32,000 bases of DNA from Horticoccus luteus (lineage in GTDB: Bacteria > Verrucomicrobiota > Verrucomicrobiia > Opitutales > Opitutaceae): assembly GCF_019464535.1 (NCBI RefSeq), contig NZ_CP080507.1, positions 450,001 through 482,000 on the forward strand, read 5' to 3'. Of this stretch, positions 26,072 to 32,000 are shown piece by piece. A program made the translations under genes and the position numbers. The notes beneath the pieces were generated by a model. That model made no database searches and was not told the DNA's origin. It was given only the letters and a program-made list of their open reading frames with translations. The number at the start of each line of letters is the position of its first letter. The first letter of the stretch is position 1.

Positions 26072-26287
26072 GGCGGGGTGCGTGGGAGTGAGCACGGCGC
26101 GGCCCGGAGCGCCTGCAAGCGAAATCACGCGACGGGGAGCCGCTTACGAATCTTTAGCAGGAAGTTACGCAACGGCATGACCGGATGGGATGTCGGCAGA
26201 CGCCACGCGCCGGCGATGCGGACGCCAAGGAAGCGGGCGGTCATTCTTTCGCTTCGCTCGCGCGCGGGAATCGTTCACGTTGGGGGA

Positions 26288-27115
26288 ATGAGTTTGCCGC
26301 CCATCCTTTTCGAAGACGACGTGATGATCGCGTTCGACAAGCCGAGCGGCATGCTCGTCGCGCCTGATCGTTGGGATAAGCAGCGCGAAAACCTGATGGG
26401 CTTGGTGCACGACAAAATGGGCCACGGAGTCGCGAACGTGCATCGGCTCGACGCGGATACGAGCGGACTGCTGTTGTGTGCGAAGACGAAGCCGGCGCTG
26501 GATTTTTTGAGCGGGCAGTTTCAATCGAAGACAGTGGAGAAACGCTACCTGGCGATCGCCGCGGTGCTGCCGTTGGAGCGGGCGATGAAGGTGATCGAGC
26601 CGGTGCGCGCACCGGGGGGAGGAGGCGCGCTGCCGGAGACGTTTACCGTGGAGCTCGGGCTGGGCCCCGACGAACACCAGCCGGGGCGCATGCGCGTGTT
26701 CCGCAAACGCGGCGGCAAGGCGAGCGTGACGGAGTTTCGCGTGATGGAACCGTTTGGGCGTTTCGCGCTGGTGGAGTGCCGGCCGCTGACGGGACGCACC
26801 CACCAGATCAGGGTGCATCTGGCGGCGGCGGGGGCGCCGGTGCTGAACGATGTGTTTTACGGTGACCCCGACGTGAAGCTGCTGCTATCGGAGTTGAAGC
26901 GCCGCTACAAAGGCCGCGACGAGGAGCGTCCGCTGCTCAGCCGCCTCGCGCTGCATGCGAGCGAACTGACGCTCACGCATCCGACGACGCGTGAACGCGT
27001 GACGATGCACGCGCCCTTGCCGAGAGAGTTCGGGGTGGCGTTGAAGTATCTCCGGAAATTCGCGCCGCGGGGGAGTGCCGGTGGCGCGAAGAGCGAACGC
27101 CAGACGGCGGTCTAA
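26288..27115 (+). CDS. RluA-family pseudouridine synthase
   Basis: The 3' part of ORF 24434..27115. ATG at 26288 gives MSLPPILFEDDVMIAFDKPSGMLV. The catalytic motif is HRLDADTSGLLLCAK. GRTHQIRVHLA and RLALHASEL are also present. Confidence 0.9.
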   Translation: MSLPPILFEDDVMIAFDKPSGMLVAPDRWDKQRENLMGLVHDKMGHGVANVHRLDADTSGLLLCAKTKPALDFLSGQFQSKTVEKRYLAIAAVLPLERAMKVIEPVRAPGGGGALPETFTVELGLGPDEHQPGRMRVFRKRGGKASVTEFRVMEPFGRFALVECRPLTGRTHQIRVHLAAAGAPVLNDVFYGDPDVKLLLSELKRRYKGRDEERPLLSRLALHASELTLTHPTTRERVTMHAPLPREFGVALKYLRKFAPRGSAGGAKSERQTAV

Positions 27116-29391
27116 AACTCGTCGTAGGCGATTTGGGATGGGGTGACGCCGAGGGCGGCCAGCATTTTGGTGCAGGCGCGGATCATTTGCGGCGGGCCGC
27201 AGAGGTAATACTCGACGGCCTGCGGATGCGGGTGAGAACGCAGATATTGCTCGTAGACGACGTCATGGATGAAGCCGGTGTGCGTCGTCCAGTTGTCTTC
27301 GGGAAGCGGAGACGAGAGCGCGAGGTGGAAGGTGAAGTTGGGATGCGCGGCGGCGAGTTGCTCGAAATAGTCGGCGTAGAAAATCTCCTGCCGCGAGCGC
27401 GCGCCATACCAGTAGCTCACGCGGCGGGCAGTGGACTCGGTTTCGAAAAGGTGCGAGAGCTGCGCGCGGAGCGGAGCCATGCCGGCGCCGCCGCCGATGC
27501 AGACGATTTCTTTTTGCGTGGGCTTGAGATGGAAATCGCCGAACGGGCCGACGGCGGTGACGGTGTCGCCGGGTTTGAGGTTGAACACATACGCGGAGCC
27601 GACGCCGGGCGGGCAATCCTGGCCGGGCGGGGGCGTGGCGATGCGGACGTTGAAGCGGAGCGTGCGTTCGGTCTGCTGATTGCTCGCGAGCGAGTAGTTG
27701 TTGCGGCGGCCGGCCTGGGGGTTGCGCGCGACGAGATCGAAGACGTGCTGAGCTTCCCACACGGCGGCGTAGGGCGCGGGGATGTCGAATTCGCGGAAGC
27801 GGATCAGTTCGTAGGCGGGAATATCGAGCTGGAGATAATCGCCGGGCGTGAACGCGATTTTCTCGGCGGCGTCGATGGGTTCGAGGACGAGTTCCTTGAT
27901 GAAGGTGGCGACGGAGCGGTTGGAGACGACGCGGAGGCGGTAGGTTTTGGGCGCGCGGGCGCCGGCGCCGCCGGGATGGGCGACGTTGAGCCAGAGGCGG
28001 CCGGCGCGTTCCTCGATCGGATACGTGGCGAGGCCGCGGCAGATGGGCGGGCGCGCGGGCGAGCCGTCGTGGAGATGGAAACGGCCGTTGTGTTTGGGAC
28101 ACTCGATTTGCGTGCCGATGACCAGTCCGCCGGCGAGGTGGGTGTTGCCGTGGGTGCAGACGCCGTCGGTCGCGAAGAGGGCGCCGTCGGCGGTGCGGTA
28201 GAGCGCGTAGGTGCGGCGACCGTGATCGAAGCGCAGGGCGTTGGCGGCGGTGAGGTCGGCGGCGGGGCAGATGTCGAGCCAGCCGGCGGAATCGGGTTGC
28301 GCGGTGGAAACCGGATGCGCGGCGGCGGCGTGGGTCTTCGGCGCGGGGAGGCGGCGTTTGACGTGGTAGGCGGGATCGGTGCGCTGGCGCCAGACGGCGG
28401 GTAGAATCTCGCGGAAAGCGGCGACGAGGCCCGGATATGGCGCAGGCATGTCGTCCTTCACGGCGGCGTGGAGACGCGGCAGCGCGTGGTAAGGCACGAG
28501 GGGAAACATGTGATGCTCCACGTGGTAATTCATGTTCCAGTAGAGATACCGGTGGAGCGGATTCATGTAGACGGTCCGGCAGTTGAGGCGGTGATCGAGG
28601 ACGTTTTCGGCGAGGCCGGCGTGTTGCGTGAGGCCGTAGATGATCATCAGCCACGAGCCGAAAAGATTGGGCAGGCCGATAAACAGGAGCGGTAAAATGC
28701 TGCGGGTGACGACGGCGAGCGCGAGGACGGCGAGGTAAATGGCGACGTAGATGCGCGCGCGGAAGATGACTTTGGAAAACTCGCTGGCGGGGATGAACGT
28801 CTGCTCGGCGGCGCTCATGCGGCCGAGGGCGTGGCGGACGATTTGCGGAAAGTAGGCGCGGTAAACCGGCAGGTTGAAGACGGCGAAAAAGATGTTTCTC
28901 ACCTTGGCGGGACGCGGCACGAAAATCTCGGGGTCGCGACCGACGATGATGGTGTCGCTGTGGTGGCGCGTGTGGCTCCAGCGCCAGAACGTCGATTCGC
29001 GCATGACCATGAACGAGGCGATTTCGTAGAGGGCGTTGTTCAGCCAGTCGGTTTTGAAGGCGGTGCCGTGGCCGGCTTCGTGCCAGCGCGAGTCGGAGGT
29101 GGAGGCGTAAAGAACGGCGTAAAACGCGTAGGGGAGGAGCGCCCAGGCGGACGGCCAGAGGGCCCAGGTGGCGTAAGCGGTGCCGAGGATGAGCGCGAAC
29201 CAGAGCAGCGTATCGCGGAGCGCAGGACCGTCGCGGCGCTCAAGCAGGGCGCGGAGGGTTTCGCGCGGAATAGGGCTTTGATACCAGTCGGCTTCGGCGA
29301 GGCCGAGCTCGATGGCGCGGGCGGTGTTGACGCCGGTCAGGCTGTAATCAGGCGCGGGGCTGGCGGGGGAAGGGAAAGTCTCTACGCTCAT
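27112..29391 (-). CDS. Tri-domain fusion: membrane fatty-acid-desaturase/hydroxylase domain + Rieske [2Fe-2S] domain + NqrF/FNR-like FAD/NAD(P)H oxidoreductase domain
   Basis: ATG at 29391 within ORF 27112..29649, 759 aa. The His boxes are HEAGH (aa 104-108), HTRHH (140-144) and HVEHH (290-294), with flanking hydrophobic helices. The Rieske motif is CTH-x16-CPKH (aa 412-434). The reductase motifs are RNNYSLAS, GGGAGMAP, YWYGARS and CGPPQM...YDEF at the C-terminus. Confidence 0.85.
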   Translation of the reverse strand: MSVETFPSPASPAPDYSLTGVNTARAIELGLAEADWYQSPIPRETLRALLERRDGPALRDTLLWFALILGTAYATWALWPSAWALLPYAFYAVLYASTSDSRWHEAGHGTAFKTDWLNNALYEIASFMVMRESTFWRWSHTRHHSDTIIVGRDPEIFVPRPAKVRNIFFAVFNLPVYRAYFPQIVRHALGRMSAAEQTFIPASEFSKVIFRARIYVAIYLAVLALAVVTRSILPLLFIGLPNLFGSWLMIIYGLTQHAGLAENVLDHRLNCRTVYMNPLHRYLYWNMNYHVEHHMFPLVPYHALPRLHAAVKDDMPAPYPGLVAAFREILPAVWRQRTDPAYHVKRRLPAPKTHAAAAHPVSTAQPDSAGWLDICPAADLTAANALRFDHGRRTYALYRTADGALFATDGVCTHGNTHLAGGLVIGTQIECPKHNGRFHLHDGSPARPPICRGLATYPIEERAGRLWLNVAHPGGAGARAPKTYRLRVVSNRSVATFIKELVLEPIDAAEKIAFTPGDYLQLDIPAYELIRFREFDIPAPYAAVWEAQHVFDLVARNPQAGRRNNYSLASNQQTERTLRFNVRIATPPPGQDCPPGVGSAYVFNLKPGDTVTAVGPFGDFHLKPTQKEIVCIGGGAGMAPLRAQLSHLFETESTARRVSYWYGARSRQEIFYADYFEQLAAAHPNFTFHLALSSPLPEDNWTTHTGFIHDVVYEQYLRSHPHPQAVEYYLCGPPQMIRACTKMLAALGVTPSQIAYDEF

Positions 29392-29596
29392 GGGTTGTCG
29401 CGACAGAAAGAAAAGCGGCGGGGCAATACGTTGAGGCGTGCGGTGCGGCATGGCCAGTCCGCAGCAAGGATCGTCCAAAGAAAGCCCAAGAGAGGTTGTC
29501 GGGAACGGCGCCCGGTTGGTTGGCTGCTGCCGGCAGAGCGGCGAACTCTCTGCGTGGCCTGCTTGCGGCGAGGGGAGATTTCGCCACGCTCCCCGC

Positions 29597-29977
29597 ATGG
29601 TTAAAAAGCTACTGCATACGCGCATGCGCGTGAACGATCTCGAGCGCACGGTGAAGTTTTACGAAGACGCTCTCGGACTGAAATGCGCCCGGCGGCACAC
29701 CTCGCCGCGCGGCGCACAACTGGCGTTTCTGACGACGCCGAACAGCGAGGAGGAAATTGAAATCTGCCAGCTTGCCAACAGCCCGGCGGTGCAGGTGCAG
29801 GCGGACTTGATGCATCTGGCGTTCGAAGTGGAGGATTTGGAAGCGTTTGCGGCGGAGTTGAAAAAGAAGGGATATCCTTTGAGCGACGGTCCAACGAAGT
29901 CAGGGAGCGGATCGGTGATCGCGTTCATCGATGCGCCGGAGGGCTACGAGGTGGAGTTGATCCAGCGCGCCAAGTGA
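29597..29977 (+). CDS. gloA: Glyoxalase I-like VOC-family protein (lactoylglutathione lyase-like)
   Basis: ATG at 29597 gives MVKKLLHTRMRVNDLERTVKFYEDALGLK. It is collinear with the GloA pattern (LLHT..RV.DL.R...FY...LG.K ... IE.. ...H.A..V ... VIAF..AP.GY..ELIQ). 126 aa. Confidence 0.8.
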   Translation: MVKKLLHTRMRVNDLERTVKFYEDALGLKCARRHTSPRGAQLAFLTTPNSEEEIEICQLANSPAVQVQADLMHLAFEVEDLEAFAAELKKKGYPLSDGPTKSGSGSVIAFIDAPEGYEVELIQRAK

Positions 29978-29978
29978 G

Positions 29979-30731
29979 ATGACCGACGACGCGAGCGGGG
30001 TGAAGCCGTGGCCGGCGCCATCGGTGTGGATCGACGTGGCGGCGTTTGCCGGTGGGCTCACGATGGCGTGGTTCGCACAGTGGGAAACGCGCGACCTCGT
30101 GTGGAGCCTGTGGTTGTCGAGCCTGCTCGTCGGTTACGCGGTGATCGTGTGGACGCTGTCGGCTCCGCTGCGGACGTTTGCGCGGGCGGCGGTGTTTGGC
30201 GGAGCGCGCGGGGACGTGGCGGTGAAGAGTGGAGTCGGGGTGGCGACGGGCGCCAGCGTGCTGTTTATGCTGGGTTTTTTCACCCTGCATTTCGGGATGT
30301 TTCATTTCGTCCACTCGGTGTTTCTGGCGCAGTTTTTTCCACTCGAGGGAGGAAGCGAGCGGGCCACGGGATTTCCGTCGCTGGGGCTGTATCGCGACGT
30401 GTTCAAGGCGTATTGGATTTTCGTGCCACTGGCGCTGGTGGCGGAGCGGGCGGCGTTTCGGGAGCGTCCGCCGAAGCCGGACGATGGCGCGATGACGTCC
30501 GCGGCGATCGAGCAACGGAAAGGGGAGCAAGGGGATTCGCCGTTGCTGGCGCCGTATAAAAACGTGGTGCGACTGCACCTGTTGATCTTCTTTTTCGCCG
30601 GCGCGTATGCGCTGAAGCTGCATCACTTCGCCGTCTACGCGGTGGCTTATGCGGCGTATTTTTTCCCTTGGCGGATTTTCGGGTGGGGCCGGGAAAAACG
30701 CACGGGAGCGCCGGTGGCGTCGGATTCGTAG
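29979..30731 (+). CDS. Polytopic membrane protein of unknown function
   Basis: 250 aa. The ATG lies 1 nt after the gloA-like stop. It has several hydrophobic helices (WSLWLSSLLVGYAVIVWTL, ASVLFMLGFFTLHFGMFHFVHSVFLAQFF, YWIFVPLALVA, LHLLIFFFAGAYAL, AVYAVAYAAYFFPW). Confidence 0.65.
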   Translation: MTDDASGVKPWPAPSVWIDVAAFAGGLTMAWFAQWETRDLVWSLWLSSLLVGYAVIVWTLSAPLRTFARAAVFGGARGDVAVKSGVGVATGASVLFMLGFFTLHFGMFHFVHSVFLAQFFPLEGGSERATGFPSLGLYRDVFKAYWIFVPLALVAERAAFRERPPKPDDGAMTSAAIEQRKGEQGDSPLLAPYKNVVRLHLLIFFFAGAYALKLHHFAVYAVAYAAYFFPWRIFGWGREKRTGAPVASDS

Positions 30732-30741
30732 CGCGGAGACG

Positions 30742-31647
30742 TTACGCGGCGCGGCGGGCGGCGGCGCGTTCGTAGGCGAAGAGGTATTGCTGCGCGAGGC
30801 CGGCGAGCGGCCCGAAGTGAGTGCGGCCGAAATGGGCGACTTGGGCGGAGCCCCAGTCGACGAGGCCGTAACGCGCGGCCATCGTTTTCAAAATCCACAC
30901 GTCGACGGGAAACGCTTCGAGGCGACCGGCGCCGAAGAGGAGCACGCAATCGGCGACTTTTTCGCCGACGCCGGGCAACGTGCAGAGGCGTGCTTTCGCG
31001 AGGGCGTAGGGCGCGGCCTCGGTTTCCTCGAGCCAGCCGGGATGCGCGGCGAGAAATTTTGCGGTCGCGCTGATGTAGCGCGCACGGAAGCCGAGGAGGC
31101 AGGCCCGTAGTTCGGTTTCGGGGACGGCGGCGAGTTCGGGCCAGGTGGGCAGGCGATGGAACGCGGCGGCGGCGGAGGACGGCAGGATCGGGGCGCCGTG
31201 GCGGGTGGCGAGGAGCGCGACCATTTGCTTGATCTGCACGATTTGTTTCGTGGCGCTGCAGAGGAAGCCGAGGAGCGTTTCGCCGAAGGGCTGACGCAGC
31301 AGGCGGAGGCCGGGAAATGCGGCGAGGCAGGCCGCGAGGTGCGCATCGCTGCGCCAAGGGAGCGTGTCGGCAAGGGCGCGCCAGTCGGTGCGGGTGACGA
31401 AATAGTCGGCGAGGGCGGCGGAGGTCGCGGGCGCGAGGGCGGCGGGCGCGGACCAGGCGACGCCGTCACGCGTGGCGCGCAGCCGCGCGACGTGGTTGCT
31501 CCACGCGCCTTGATAAACGCCGTCGGTTTGGGCGTGCCAGCGAAAGGCCTGGCCGCCGTCGAGGGTTTCGGCGAGCACGGCGGCGCTGAGACCGCGGGTC
31601 GATGGCAGGGGTTGCCACGCGGTCCACGAGTCGGAAAGGGTGTTCAC
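30742..31647 (-). CDS. ogg: 8-oxoguanine DNA glycosylase (OGG1-type, HhH-GPD superfamily)
   Basis: ORF 30742..31731. The preferred start is GTG at 31647, which forms a GTGA overlap with the upstream gene's stop. The OGG N-domain motif is LDGGQAFRW. Other landmarks are QPFGETLLGFLCSATKQIVQIKQMV, the HhH-GPD motif LPGVGEKVADCVLLF and FPVDVW. Confidence 0.8.
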   Translation of the reverse strand: MNTLSDSWTAWQPLPSTRGLSAAVLAETLDGGQAFRWHAQTDGVYQGAWSNHVARLRATRDGVAWSAPAALAPATSAALADYFVTRTDWRALADTLPWRSDAHLAACLAAFPGLRLLRQPFGETLLGFLCSATKQIVQIKQMVALLATRHGAPILPSSAAAAFHRLPTWPELAAVPETELRACLLGFRARYISATAKFLAAHPGWLEETEAAPYALAKARLCTLPGVGEKVADCVLLFGAGRLEAFPVDVWILKTMAARYGLVDWGSAQVAHFGRTHFGPLAGLAQQYLFAYERAAARRAA

Positions 31648-32000
31648 CGCTGACCGTCGGGCTTCGACCAAAGATAGCTTTGGCGGGTCGCGAGGATCTG
31701 GTCGCCGGGGCCGACGAGTTCGAGTTTCCACGCTACGGGACGCGCTTTGATGTCGGGCCAGTCGCTGCCGGTGAGGCCGAGGTTGAAAACGTGACTGCCG
31801 GGCGGAATTTCGGCGGGAAAGGAAAACGTTTTCGGTTCCGGACTGGTGGGCATGATCACTTGCAGACGGAAGGTGGCCGGGACGGTGGTGGCGCCATCGC
31901 TTTGGCGGATGCGCGTGAGAAAATAGAATCCGCCGCGATAGTCGGGCTTGGTGCGAAGGACGGTTTCGCGCGTGTGTGGTTCGTGGCCGGTGAAATACTC
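31644..32000 (-). CDS. 3' end of a hypothetical protein gene (5' end lies outside the window)
   Basis: My hand translation shows the minus-strand frame stays open from the TGA stop at 31644..31646 to the window edge at 32000: EYFTGHEPHTRETVLRTKPDYRGGFYFLTRIRQSDGATTVPATFRLQVIMPTSPEPK...SYLWSKPDGQR. The GTG at 31859 listed in the ORF track is probably internal. I recognise no motif. Confidence 0.5.
   Translation of the reverse strand, partial: EYFTGHEPHTRETVLRTKPDYRGGFYFLTRIRQSDGATTVPATFRLQVIMPTSPEPKTFSFPAEIPPGSHVFNLGLTGSDWPDIKARPVAWKLELVGPGDQILATRQSYLWSKPDGQR

Noticed and set aside
24434-26287. N-terminal 618 codons of the 893-aa ORF 24434..27115
   Set aside because: This part is antisense to the GH3-like gene. 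Recognisable RluA sequence starts only at ATG 26288.
27133-28654. 423-aa plus-strand and 463-aa minus-strand alternative-frame ORFs inside the fusion gene
   Set aside because: They give Gly/Arg/Ala- or Arg/Pro-rich translations. The 27112..29391 frame carries all three sets of cofactor motifs.
29392-29649. Upstream 86-codon extension of the fusion ORF (MRSRSFTRMRVC...)
   Set aside because: It overlaps the divergent gloA-like start region and has no hydrophobic or conserved character. ATG 29391 precedes the conserved desaturase N-terminus.
1-32000. Search for mobile elements, prophage, defence islands, tRNA/rRNA and riboswitch-like leaders
   Set aside because: I recognised no transposase, integrase, nuclease, helicase or toxin-antitoxin-like ORFs, no tRNA-like cloverleaf candidates in the intergenic regions, and no long structured leaders. 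Absence is based on reading by eye, not on covariance-model scans.

Overview
High-GC, densely coding bacterial chromosomal segment with about 28 protein genes on both strands. I found no rRNA, tRNA, CRISPR array, transposase or integrase. The gene content points to a Verrucomicrobiota/Opitutales-like organism, but this is inference only. That content includes a 2178-aa autotransporter-associated beta-strand (PATR) repeat protein ending in a PEP-CTERM anchor, an Asp-box/BNR propeller protein, a Tat-exported ferritin-like protein, an ECF sigma/RskA-like pair and several exported HEAT-like proteins.

Most genes are ordinary housekeeping or accessory metabolism: pilD-like peptidase, Gfo/Idh/MocA oxidoreductase, DHDPS-family aldolase, MFS transporter, aroE, SirB1-like protein, yggS, LysR regulator, TlpA-like redoxin, GH3-family enzyme, RluA-family pseudouridine synthase, glyoxalase I-like protein and OGG-type glycosylase. 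I see no defence-like or mobile system.

The best candidates for something under-described are:
1. A single 759-aa ORF fusing a membrane diiron desaturase/hydroxylase, a Rieske [2Fe-2S] module and an NqrF/FNR-like reductase (27112..29391).
2. A tightly packed operon of a DHDPS-family aldolase, two tandem paralogous Cys4 proteins of unknown function and an exported HEAT-like protein (7315..10333).
3. A Cys-rich/TPR-like membrane protein whose 3' end overlaps the PEP-CTERM-coding end of the giant repeat gene by 85 nt.

Many long antisense or alternative-frame ORFs in the supplied track are GC-driven artefacts and were rejected. All functional calls rest on motif recognition by eye. No database search was run.
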